64,000 bases of DNA from a virus (lineage: Duplodnaviria > Caudoviricetes), in the IMG/VR virus record IMGVR_UViG_3300043447_000068, positions 1-64,000 of that record; one strand, given 5' to 3'. The position numbers and the translations under genes were made by a program. The notes under the pieces are model-generated. The model ran no database searches, had not been told where the DNA came from, and was given only the letters and a program-made list of their open reading frames with translations. Of this stretch, positions 50,320 to 59,563 are shown one piece after another. How positions within the stretch are numbered: the first letter of the stretch is position 1; each line of letters begins with the position of its first letter.

Positions 50320-51954
50320 TTATTGGCTAGCTCTTCCTTCACCTTTTGGATTTCTTCCTGCAATAGTTGCAGTGTTGTCTGAAGCATTATTTGTTCTCTC
50401 TGCGTCTCTAGCATCATTTCCAGAACTATTTGGTGCCTCTGGCTTTGTCTCAAGTGGCTTGCCACCGTCGCCATCTGGTCTTGCACCAAATCCAAGTATC
50501 TCACGAGCTTCATCAGGAACAATAATCATGTTCTTTACATAACGCTCAAGGATCTGTGACTGAGCGATTTCATCTGTCAGAGTTAGCTCATTAAACTTGA
50601 ATTCAAGGATGTCTGTCTTTTCACGGATGATCTTGTTGATAATCTTCTGCATAGCATCTTGTCTTGGACGAGCTACCTGCTCTTTAAATGTACGATCTTG
50701 TGCAAGGGCTGCTGCAATTGCTGCAGAGTCTCCTCCACCAATCTTAGAAAGTGGTACTTGGTGAGCAACAAGAATGTCGTCACGATTACGGATACGATAC
50801 TCATTGAATGATGCTTCTTGAACACCATTCTCAACAGCCTCCATCTTAAACTCAACCTTGTTTGTGTCAGAGTCTCCAGGAAGTGGGATGTAAAGGGTTC
50901 TGTGGTTTGACCCCTTAAGGCTTGTCTGCAAGAATCTAAACATCTTATCTTCAGCATCTTCTGAAAGCTTTGCACCCTTTAGGGTAACTACATAACGTGG
51001 AACACCCTTGTTTGTAAAGTAGTCAATGTTGTATTGTGATGCTAGCTGGTCTCCATGTAGAGATGAAATAGCTGACATGATGTCTGGGACACCATAAAAA
51101 GTATTTAGTGGAGAGTATGACTTGAAGTGAATAATCTCATTTGGACGTGGGTCAGCTGTTACAGGGTTTTGGTTCTTTGCCTGGAAGTTTCTAAAGTATA
51201 CAACTCTATTTCCAATGATTTGCAAGTATCCATCACGAAGTCTACGAACACGCATTGTAGTTGATGGAATATGTCCTACATATCCAATCTCACCCTTAAC
51301 TGTTCTACCGATTTCAAGATATCCATTACCAGTAGCCTCATAGTCTGTCATTACCTTTGACATAACCTCAGTAAAAGATTCATCAAGATTTAGGCCTTCT
51401 AGCCAATCTCTCATCTCTACCTTCATACGTTCAATACGCTTTTGTGCCTTTTCTTTTGCACTGTCATTTGTCTGTGCTTCAATAGACATCATCGTTCTCT
51501 TTGAAATCTCAAAGTCATAGCCTAGGCCAACAATGTTTTCTACCTTGGCATCAATAGCTGCGTGATTAGCAAATGATGTGTCGTAGTAGTTTGCAAGTTC
51601 ATAGAGGTTCCATGGTGGAGTGATAACATCAAACATTCCATATCCATTGCGGTATACACGACCTGGATTAATTTCCTTAGAGTATGCCCCGTCTTTACCA
51701 CGATTTACTGCCAAAGCACTATCTTGGTATCCAAGGTTATTAACATCTACTCCAGTATTGACAACTCTGTTCTCAACTAGGTTGTCTGCTGATTTTGCAA
51801 GACGATCAGTTCTACGTCTAAAATTCTTTTCAATGCCTGAATATGTCTTTAGCTCATCCCAAGTCTTCATGAACGGATCATGATCTTTAAAAGGATCTTG
51901 CCCTGCATCTAGCTCTGGGATAGAGGCATTAACATATCTAATTTCATCTGACAT
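50320..51954 (-). CDS. Portal protein
   Basis: TGNGYLEI, EIIHF, YGVP, F.NKGVP, HQVP. Confidence 0.92.
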   Translation of the reverse strand: MSDEIRYVNASIPELDAGQDPFKDHDPFMKTWDELKTYSGIEKNFRRRTDRLAKSADNLVENRVVNTGVDVNNLGYQDSALAVNRGKDGAYSKEINPGRVYRNGYGMFDVITPPWNLYELANYYDTSFANHAAIDAKVENIVGLGYDFEISKRTMMSIEAQTNDSAKEKAQKRIERMKVEMRDWLEGLNLDESFTEVMSKVMTDYEATGNGYLEIGRTVKGEIGYVGHIPSTTMRVRRLRDGYLQIIGNRVVYFRNFQAKNQNPVTADPRPNEIIHFKSYSPLNTFYGVPDIMSAISSLHGDQLASQYNIDYFTNKGVPRYVVTLKGAKLSEDAEDKMFRFLQTSLKGSNHRTLYIPLPGDSDTNKVEFKMEAVENGVQEASFNEYRIRNRDDILVAHQVPLSKIGGGDSAAIAAALAQDRTFKEQVARPRQDAMQKIINKIIREKTDILEFKFNELTLTDEIAQSQILERYVKNMIIVPDEAREILGFGARPDGDGGKPLETKPEAPNSSGNDARDAERTNNASDNTATIAGRNPKGEGRASQ

Positions 51955-52340
51955 TATTCTGAATCTCCGTAAAGCTCTAGGGTTTTCTTTGCAGCAATAA
52001 CAGCACCAAGGTCGTTCATGCTTGGAATAAGCCCCTGGTTCATTCTGTCTACCTGCTCAGAGTGCTCTTCGTCTGAAATCTTACGCATGTTTGGGTAAAA
52101 TACTGCTCTACCCTCTTCTTGGCCCCAGTACTTAGCAGCATCTGCTAGCTCTTTAATCTTGGCCTTGTCATCCTTCATACCTTCAATGGATAGAGCATTG
52201 TTGCTACCGTCAGTGAATGGCTTGCCGTTTGGCTTCATCCATACATAGGTTCCATATAGCGAAAAGTTTTCTTCTATAACCTGTACTTTGGTTTCCCCAA
52301 CTTGACCAGGAAATCGTGGTTTTTGTTTTCTCATAACCAT
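51954..52340 (-). CDS. Hypothetical protein upstream of portal
   Basis: 128-aa ORF; likely start at the second Met (52334). Confidence 0.6.
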   Translation of the reverse strand: MVMRKQKPRFPGQVGETKVQVIEENFSLYGTYVWMKPNGKPFTDGSNNALSIEGMKDDKAKIKELADAAKYWGQEEGRAVFYPNMRKISDEEHSEQVDRMNQGLIPSMNDLGAVIAAKKTLELYGDSE

Positions 52341-52352
52341 TAGTATACCATA

Positions 52353-55300
52353 TTAAACAGAATTAATGGTGAAAAGGTTCGTTGATGAGTTAGAGATAAC
52401 CCTATATTTAGTTCTAAATAACCTTAATATTGATTTATCATCAACGACAAGTCTGGTTGTTCCAACGTATGCCTTATATATGTCTGATGGGTCTACTCCA
52501 TAGAAGTTTCTAGTTGATAGAACCAAGACCTCGTACCACTTAAAAATGCCATCCCAATATTCCCAGTCGTACTTGACTCTACCAGACTCTCGCACTCCAA
52601 ACCACGGTCTAACAGAGATGCTTTGAACTTGCTGGATTCTTGAAGAGTTGTAATGTGACAAGTTGTTAATAGTCAGTGGGCCAGTAATTCTGATAGATCC
52701 ACCATTAAGGCTGAAATCTAGATAGTTTGAGAATCCAATGCCAATTGCTGCCCACTGCTTAATTGTTAGGACTGGATCCTTAACAATGTTTCCATTTATG
52801 TAATAGCCAACACCGTTTTCAATCTGACCAGTCTTAACGTTGATAGCGTAAAGCTTTGCTCTGATTCCTTCTGGGTGTGTTGCCTCAATATAGAACTTTA
52901 GGTGTGTATCATTTGAAATAATCTCAAATACTTCCATTGGGCTGTATGGGAAAAAGTCATCATCAAACATTGCAAAGAACTGCATAGCAATCATCTTATA
53001 GGTAGCAACCTTTTCTTTATTTACTGGGATCTCAATGCCACGAGAGTTCTTTCCGTTGAAGAGGCCTCTTAGTCTGATACCGCTAGTTTTTGTGAGGTAT
53101 AAATAAGGTGTGCTGCCTTTATAGATGCTAAATGGGTTTTTGCTCTTGTAGTCGTAGTAGAATCCATTCTCAGTAAATGGGTACATGTCTGTTCCATATC
53201 TTGTACCTATAGCTGTTGGATGTTCGTTATTTAGAACTACTGATGACAACTCAAGACTTCCAATTGCTAATGGCTTATCTGATATCTTGTCAACTGAGAC
53301 CACGATCTCTGTAAACATGTTGGTATTCTTAAAATCAATTCCAGATGGAGGATAGATTATTACGTTATCCACAACCTCATATTTAGTGTTTATCCACTCT
53401 GATCCTGGAAGGATCATTCCGTCTCGTGGAGCCTCTACAATATTCGTATAGTATGCTGATGAGTAATCTGACTCTTCTGATATATCTTTAAAGTAAACAT
53501 AAGTTTTAATAAGCGACTTTGAAGTGTCATACTTGTAAGTCTGTCTTGCATTGTACATTAGGTCTGAATAGTCTGTGTATCCAGTATACAAATGATTGTC
53601 TAAATCACTATACTTCTTCTGTGATGGTATCGCAAACTTAGAGGATAATTCCTGATATGTCCACTCAGTGTCTGTCTCTAGCACTGCCACAGATTTTCCT
53701 GGTGATGGATATCCAATGTTAAACTGGATAAAGTCTAGGTCATAGTTTGTGTCTCCAGAAGCAGTTTTTACATACTGTCCAAAATAAGATAGAGGGATTG
53801 CAGATGCCCAAGATCCATTCATGGATCCATCAAAGTACATTGTTGATGAGTTTGAGTATGGCTTAATCGTGTAGCTAGCCTTGGTATTGTTTATTAGTCC
53901 TGCACCAGCGTGCTCAGCAACATTACCACCATCATAAATCATTTGCCAAAATGTTGTACTGTAGAGTCCACCATCAGCATCATCCAAAAGACTGTCAACA
54001 AGCTCTGCATCCCAAACTAGTCCATTTGGTGCAAAGTAGTCTGACAAAGATTCTGAGGCTTTTTGGTTTGAGAAAGATACTGAGTATATCTTTCCTACAA
54101 ATGTATCATTCTCAGATGTACCTCCGATGTATAGAGACAAAGAACTCTTCTTAGAGAAGAAAGATGAAACCCTGTTTCCAAAGTATTTAGATAGTCTTTC
54201 AATATCAAGCCCAACAGCAAATTGCTCTCCTGGGAAGTATGATAGCGTTTCAGCAAAAGTCTCTGTTGTTCCTGAGAATGACAATGTATAGGTAATTCCA
54301 GAGCTTGTAAGCTTGATAGAAAGGTTATCTCCAGAAAGCTTTTCTCTTAGCTCAAACAGGGTTTGTGGTGCTTGTGGAGTAGCTGTTGATTTAAAGACAC
54401 CATAAAAACTTGAAAGATCATCTGGCAAAATATTAATGCTCTCAAGATACATATAAGAGTTTTGTGGCAAAACTACAAACTTTGAAGACTCATTCTGTAG
54501 AGCTAGGTTATTTTGAAGTATCTCTGCCTGTGTCTGTGTTGGAGACACTATTGATATAGAGCTATAGTTTGGGATTCTAAGATAGTCTGTGTCACTCAGC
54601 AAATTATTTTTAATGCCCTTAGACCAGCTACCAATCTTTGGATATGAGTAATTGCTTGAATACTTTGAGAACTGATAGTCAACGGAGATATTCTTTCCTC
54701 CGTAAGCAACGTTTAGAGTCTCTGGATTTTCAACTCCCTGGCCATAAACCCAACGTCTTTTTGCAATGATTGGAGATATTGGATATGTGTATATAGAAAC
54801 TGGTCCAACTTCAAAAAGATCTATAGAGTCATATGAATATATTCCAATCCAGTCTTGCTCAAGGTTTCCACTCTTTTCTTCGGGTAGGGTTAGTGTTGAC
54901 CTATCTACAATGATTTCCCCTACCTGTTCTCCATTAACCAATAGAGCGATTCTGTCATGGGATATAGAGACATGTACAAGCATTGGCCTATTCCATTCAG
55001 ACACGTAGTGTGAGCAAGACCTATCCCCAATCTTTAGCTTTAGGAACGGTCCAGAGACATATAGTCCATCTAATGATGCAATTGGGCCAATTATCTTTTG
55101 ATCATTTTCTGATGATGGATCAATCTTAATCCAAGACTCTAGGGTGTAGTTCTTATTTTTGCCAAGCTGATTTAGGAATCCTAGTCCTGGAATTAGTATT
55201 GATGGCTTGCCAGAAGCATTTGGGGAGACAGACATTGATGATCCTGCTCCATACACCATCGGAATTCCTGCATTTCTACCAAGCAAACGATTGTTTAGGC

Positions 55301-56012
55301 ATATCGCATATCCATCCTTAGTTGATTCTGCTACAGCTAGCAACTTAACTGCCTGTGTGCCTGAAGCTATGCCATAGATATTCTCAATGATTGTTTCTGG
55401 ATGTACTCCAGATGATGATGAGTTAAACTCTTCTGACCATTGACCTAGAGATATGCCATTTGCCAAAAAGAATACTGGGTCTGTAGTTGCATCTGACAAA
55501 AACTCAACCTCAACAAATAGGTTAAAGCTTGAGTCTAGATTGTATGGTCTGTCGAAAGTTTCAGACAGAAACATCCACTTTCCGCTAACTGCTGTTGAAA
55601 ATCTTTTTGCGACACGATATTCTCCATATGTTGGATCGTTATACAAGAATCCAATAGTTACAGCCATAATTCTTTCTGTTGATGAATAGAAAAATGTTGA
55701 AATGGTGAATGTTGACAAGAAATCGTTTAAGAAGTTAAAGTCTGAGAATTCTGGGCTTACTGCTGTAACCGTTTTAACGTTATTGGCATTTCCAGTATTT
55801 GATGTATTTATCTTAAATACAGCATCTTCTTGCATTGGAGTTGATAGGGTTGATGTGGTTTCAACAGTACCATTCGTCAACTCCCAGTTGGATATATTCT
55901 TCTGGGTATCAGAAAGTATGGAGATGTAGTCTGCCTTATCCTGCAAAGGCCAAAGCCCCAGGGGGTGTTCCTTTAAAATTTTTGAAGCATATAGGCTAAG
56001 AGAGGCTGTCAT
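52353..56012 (-). CDS. Large virion protein with concanavalin-A/LamG-like domain
   Basis: YTLESWIKI...LLVNGEQVG pattern; 1219 aa. Confidence 0.6.
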   Translation of the reverse strand: MTASLSLYASKILKEHPLGLWPLQDKADYISILSDTQKNISNWELTNGTVETTSTLSTPMQEDAVFKINTSNTGNANNVKTVTAVSPEFSDFNFLNDFLSTFTISTFFYSSTERIMAVTIGFLYNDPTYGEYRVAKRFSTAVSGKWMFLSETFDRPYNLDSSFNLFVEVEFLSDATTDPVFFLANGISLGQWSEEFNSSSSGVHPETIIENIYGIASGTQAVKLLAVAESTKDGYAICLNNRLLGRNAGIPMVYGAGSSMSVSPNASGKPSILIPGLGFLNQLGKNKNYTLESWIKIDPSSENDQKIIGPIASLDGLYVSGPFLKLKIGDRSCSHYVSEWNRPMLVHVSISHDRIALLVNGEQVGEIIVDRSTLTLPEEKSGNLEQDWIGIYSYDSIDLFEVGPVSIYTYPISPIIAKRRWVYGQGVENPETLNVAYGGKNISVDYQFSKYSSNYSYPKIGSWSKGIKNNLLSDTDYLRIPNYSSISIVSPTQTQAEILQNNLALQNESSKFVVLPQNSYMYLESINILPDDLSSFYGVFKSTATPQAPQTLFELREKLSGDNLSIKLTSSGITYTLSFSGTTETFAETLSYFPGEQFAVGLDIERLSKYFGNRVSSFFSKKSSLSLYIGGTSENDTFVGKIYSVSFSNQKASESLSDYFAPNGLVWDAELVDSLLDDADGGLYSTTFWQMIYDGGNVAEHAGAGLINNTKASYTIKPYSNSSTMYFDGSMNGSWASAIPLSYFGQYVKTASGDTNYDLDFIQFNIGYPSPGKSVAVLETDTEWTYQELSSKFAIPSQKKYSDLDNHLYTGYTDYSDLMYNARQTYKYDTSKSLIKTYVYFKDISEESDYSSAYYTNIVEAPRDGMILPGSEWINTKYEVVDNVIIYPPSGIDFKNTNMFTEIVVSVDKISDKPLAIGSLELSSVVLNNEHPTAIGTRYGTDMYPFTENGFYYDYKSKNPFSIYKGSTPYLYLTKTSGIRLRGLFNGKNSRGIEIPVNKEKVATYKMIAMQFFAMFDDDFFPYSPMEVFEIISNDTHLKFYIEATHPEGIRAKLYAINVKTGQIENGVGYYINGNIVKDPVLTIKQWAAIGIGFSNYLDFSLNGGSIRITGPLTINNLSHYNSSRIQQVQSISVRPWFGVRESGRVKYDWEYWDGIFKWYEVLVLSTRNFYGVDPSDIYKAYVGTTRLVVDDKSILRLFRTKYRVISNSSTNLFTINSV

Positions 56013-56027
56013 TGTATATATATTTTA

Positions 56028-56555
56028 TCATACTATACGTGTAAACCAGCGAGGTGTTGTGTATCTGATGCCACTAGAGATAGCTTTTACGCCATGAACA
56101 TAATCTGGATTATCTGGAAATGTTAGCAAGTCTCCTGGCTTTGGCTTATAGCTAATGTCATACTCTGGGAAGTATATCTCCCCTCCGTCATAATCATTAT
56201 TTATGTATATGAGTGTTGCTATATCATTTGGCTTGCTAGCATCAAAGTGCTCATGCATACCCCAGCCTGGTTCAAATCTAGCTATGTGTGTCATTTCTGG
56301 CTTAAAGCCTTGGAAGTCTCCCTCATAGGAATGTGTGACAAATCTATAGACTCTCATGCCCCACTCTGTAGCTAGTTGGCGAATCTCATGAGTTCTCTCA
56401 TCACTGTTTTTAAATGTATTTACTGTGAACTCTTTTTCGCCATTACCAAATTCATTGAATTCTTGATCGTAGTCAACTGAGTACTCATGTAGCTTCTGTG
56501 CCACGTCCTTTGGCATAAAGCCCTTAACATAGTGTATCTGTGATTCTTTACTCAT
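56028..56555 (-). CDS. 2OG-Fe(II) oxygenase, prolyl 4-hydroxylase (P4Hc)-like
   Basis: HFD, YINNDYDGGEIYF, KPKPGDLLTFP, HGV...G.RY. Confidence 0.88.
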   Translation of the reverse strand: MSKESQIHYVKGFMPKDVAQKLHEYSVDYDQEFNEFGNGEKEFTVNTFKNSDERTHEIRQLATEWGMRVYRFVTHSYEGDFQGFKPEMTHIARFEPGWGMHEHFDASKPNDIATLIYINNDYDGGEIYFPEYDISYKPKPGDLLTFPDNPDYVHGVKAISSGIRYTTPRWFTRIV

Positions 56556-56710
56556 CTAAAACTCATTCCATTATTTTCGTGTCTTGGCATATTGCTTGCA
56601 TCGCAGTCTTGGCAATCCAATCGTACTATGCCAGTAACTGGACAAGCTGCACCCTTTGTCACCTTGTGACCTACAAAGAAACACTTTGCTCTGAGCATCC
56701 AGTTTTTCAT
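56552..56710 (-). CDS. 52-aa Cys/His-rich protein (not in ORF track)
   Basis: Hand translation MKNWMLRAKCFFVGHKVTKGAACPVTGIVRLDCQDCDASNMPRHENNGMSFR; overlaps both neighbours. Confidence 0.7.
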   Translation of the reverse strand: MKNWMLRAKCFFVGHKVTKGAACPVTGIVRLDCQDCDASNMPRHENNGMSFR

Positions 56711-57354
56711 TAGTTAAGCCTTGTCCATGTTTGAGCATCTTCATCGCTGATAAATGTTCTTGGAGCTATGTCATAAGCAATTGTTATTCTTTGCCCATCT
56801 ACTCTCCAGTTACCCATTCCATGTGGATGGCCAACCTCTGAAACAACAAGTCTATTGTTCTTATTAACATTTATCTTTATGTTGTTTGGATCCTTAAATA
56901 TCTTGTAAGCAGTTATAGAAGGTTCTGCGTTAACGCAATAATATCCATGGAACACTGGTGAGCCCACACCATTCATGTGTTCGTGCCACTTGTCATCGTT
57001 ATCAAGTGGTGATACATCCCACATATCTTCTTTTGCATTTCTGTTATACCAACCATGAAGGAACCATTCCTGAGAATCATAATCAATCTCGTAATAGTCG
57101 CATGCTTCATGTAGGACATCATTAAGAGCCTGCTTTAGCTTTTCGATCTGGGGATTACCAAACTCAAACAGATTGTATTCTGACAATAGTGCTGTACCAG
57201 CACCTGATGGCCTATTGCCATATATTTTTGCCATGTCATCTGTTAGCTCAATAATCTCACCAGATCTAAGCTTATCGTCAAAATCTATAATCCAATCAGA
57301 CAACAACTCAAGGTCGTTATCTAAATCTCTGATAAAGAATTTTTGATCTTTCAT
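56710..57354 (-). CDS. 2OG-Fe(II) oxygenase-like (HxH...H), paralog C
   Basis: WHEH...FHGYY...AEPS...GHPH...RITIAYD. Confidence 0.75.
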   Translation of the reverse strand: MKDQKFFIRDLDNDLELLSDWIIDFDDKLRSGEIIELTDDMAKIYGNRPSGAGTALLSEYNLFEFGNPQIEKLKQALNDVLHEACDYYEIDYDSQEWFLHGWYNRNAKEDMWDVSPLDNDDKWHEHMNGVGSPVFHGYYCVNAEPSITAYKIFKDPNNIKINVNKNNRLVVSEVGHPHGMGNWRVDGQRITIAYDIAPRTFISDEDAQTWTRLN

Positions 57355-58031
57355 TATACTAGTGGAATCCAGTGCTGCTCTAGACCTGCGTCCTGACTTC
57401 CAATATCATTAATACTTCTAGTATCATATGCTATTGTAATTCTACGCTTGTCCTTGTTACCCCACCAGCCACGGGTATGTGGATGCCCAGTTTCAGATAG
57501 AACAGCTCTGAAGTTTTTGTTAATATTTTCAAATGGCTCAGTCTTATCTATTCTGTAGTGTGTAACAGATGGCTCTGCAAAAACAGAGAAGTATCCATGT
57601 AGGTCTGGAATACCAAGACCACCACAGTGCTCATGAAGATTTGGTTCAATCATTGTTTCTGCGTAATGCTCTTCATCTCCATGATCAGCTGGCTCAATAT
57701 TAATCCATCCCTGGATATAGTATGCCTGCTCTTCAAAGTTCTTGTCATAGTATTCGCATGCTTCTTTTGTCATAGAACTAACTGCTGCAAAAAGCTTTCT
57801 AATTACTGGGTGGTGAAGTTGAAACACATTGTACTTGCCAAGTGTTCGTGTTGTCATACCGCCCTTTTCATAGTATGCTTGTGCCTCTTCTGCAGATATG
57901 CCTGGAAACTTGCCATCAAGCATGTCCTTTTCACGAGCCTCGCAGAATGAATAAAGGTCGTCTAGTTCACTTTGTGAGATATCCAGATATCTTTCAAAAA
58001 ATTTCTGTGGTGGCTTTGTCATGGCTATCAT
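57354..58031 (-). CDS. 2OG-Fe(II) oxygenase-like, paralog B
   Basis: LHEH...HGYF...AEPS...GHPH...RITIAYD. Confidence 0.75.
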   Translation of the reverse strand: MIAMTKPPQKFFERYLDISQSELDDLYSFCEAREKDMLDGKFPGISAEEAQAYYEKGGMTTRTLGKYNVFQLHHPVIRKLFAAVSSMTKEACEYYDKNFEEQAYYIQGWINIEPADHGDEEHYAETMIEPNLHEHCGGLGIPDLHGYFSVFAEPSVTHYRIDKTEPFENINKNFRAVLSETGHPHTRGWWGNKDKRRITIAYDTRSINDIGSQDAGLEQHWIPLV

Positions 58032-58693
58032 CTCAGAGGAATCCAGTGCTGCTCTGCAGTATATCCACCACGCTGCAAGTATGCCATAGGTGTAACGTCA
58101 TAGGCTACGGTGATTCTTGGACCATCCCAAGACCAATCTCCCATTGCGTGTGGGTGTCCCATTTCTGACAGTATTGCACGATTGTTCTTGTTTATATTTT
58201 CAACCTCATTGTCAAAAACAATGTAGTGTGTTGATGAAGGCTCTGCTGCTACTGAGTAATATCCATGGAAGTCTGGAGCTCCAGGGCCACCATGCTCGTG
58301 CCAGTTTAGCTTACCATTACCAGAGTGGTTAATATTAAACCAACCTTGAATCATAAACTTCTGTTCGTCAAAATCTATTTCGTAGTGGTCGCAAGCTTCT
58401 CTCACCATATCGCCAACAGCCTTGTACAATTCATAAATTCCATCGATGTGGAATTGGAAAACGTTGTACTGTCTCCACTTCATGGTGGAAATGCTATTGG
58501 AGTCTTTCCATGCTTCGAATGGCGAAACTGGAGTTACCCCAGGAATCTTGGCCTCTTCGATCAATGCGTATCTATCTTGTAACTCTTTTGTAAGTTTATC
58601 TAGATCATTATCTAGGAATCTCTCAAAGAATTTGTGCCCCTGTGTCGTAGTGCTTATGCTACGAAGAGGTGTCTGGTCTTTATACATGCCCAT
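58028..58693 (-). CDS. 2OG-Fe(II) oxygenase-like, paralog A
   Basis: WHEH...FHGYY...AEPS...GHPH...RITVAYD. Confidence 0.75.
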   Translation of the reverse strand: MGMYKDQTPLRSISTTTQGHKFFERFLDNDLDKLTKELQDRYALIEEAKIPGVTPVSPFEAWKDSNSISTMKWRQYNVFQFHIDGIYELYKAVGDMVREACDHYEIDFDEQKFMIQGWFNINHSGNGKLNWHEHGGPGAPDFHGYYSVAAEPSSTHYIVFDNEVENINKNNRAILSEMGHPHAMGDWSWDGPRITVAYDVTPMAYLQRGGYTAEQHWIPLR

Positions 58694-58742
58694 ACTCCGT
58701 TCTATGTATAATATTATTATACACTATACCAGAGTCTGGTGT

Positions 58743-59540
58743 CTATCTGAAGGCAAATACGCTAAATCTAGGTGTGAATCCAAACACACCGAAGAAGCTG
58801 AACACACCAAATACTGGTGTAAATCCGAAAACACCGAATGTTGGGACAAATCCAAATACTGAGAATGGCACAAAGCCAAACACACCAAAAGTAGGAACAA
58901 ACCCAAACACGCCAAAGAAGCTGAAGACAGAAAATGGTACGAACGAGAATGTCGTTACGCTTCCAGATGCTGCAGAAGCTACAGATCTACCATTTGCATT
59001 ATCTGCATATACCGTATATGTCTGTGCTGTTCCCTGCTCCTGAGTAATATTTACAGAGGTAGAAGAGGTGTTAGCTGCTTTTCCGTCATTAGAAGTAATG
59101 TAGTAGTTAGTAATTGACTTACCACCATTAGCTGGTGCATTCCAAGATACTGTATCGTAGTCAGCACCGTATGGTGATGAAGCACCAACTCCGCCTGGAG
59201 CAGCTGGAACTGTTGTGATTGTTATTCCAGATGATGCATCTGATGAGGGTGAATCTCCATAGCTGTTAGTTGCCTTGACTGTAAAAGTTGGAGTTGTACC
59301 AGTAGCAATTCCAGTAACTACAATTGGAGAAGATGATCCAGTTGCTGATTGACCAGTTGATGCTGTAATCGTATATGAAGTTGCTGGTTGTGAGTTTCCT
59401 GGAAGAGAGAATGACACTGAGGCAGCACCATCATCATAAGCCCTATTGGTACCAACGTCAGTTGCTGTAACACCAGTTGGTGCTAGTGGCTGCAAGAAGT
59501 CATTTGACTGCTGCGAGTGTCTACCTGCTCTTTTGCTCAT
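58743..59540 (-). CDS. Fibre/accessory virion protein: two FN3 domains and a Phe-rich repeat tail
   Basis: FN3 signatures (PTGVTAT...FTVKATNSYGDS; VSWNAPANGG...ITNYYI) and a 68-aa C-terminal repeat. Confidence 0.8.
   Translation of the reverse strand: MSKRAGRHSQQSNDFLQPLAPTGVTATDVGTNRAYDDGAASVSFSLPGNSQPATSYTITASTGQSATGSSSPIVVTGIATGTTPTFTVKATNSYGDSPSSDASSGITITTVPAAPGGVGASSPYGADYDTVSWNAPANGGKSITNYYITSNDGKAANTSSTSVNITQEQGTAQTYTVYADNANGRSVASAASGSVTTFSFVPFSVFSFFGVFGFVPTFGVFGFVPFSVFGFVPTFGVFGFTPVFGVFSFFGVFGFTPRFSVFAFR
58746..58949 (-). repeat. Coding repeat F[GS]VF[GSA]F x8 with Pro-containing linkers
   Basis: 26 Phe in 68 residues; synonymous codons vary between units. Confidence 0.9.
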
Positions 59541-59563
59541 CTATTATCCTTTTCTAAAGTATC

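Noticed and set aside
58683-58745. Read-through of the TAG ending the Phe-repeat gene, or genome recoding
   Set aside because: Read-through adds only ~20 unremarkable codons across a promoter; all core genes are intact in the standard code and no suppressor tRNA is present
58746-58949. Repeats here and at 30433-30492 as CRISPR or DGR elements
   Set aside because: In-frame coding repeats with no unique spacers; no reverse transcriptase or template/variable repeat pair seen
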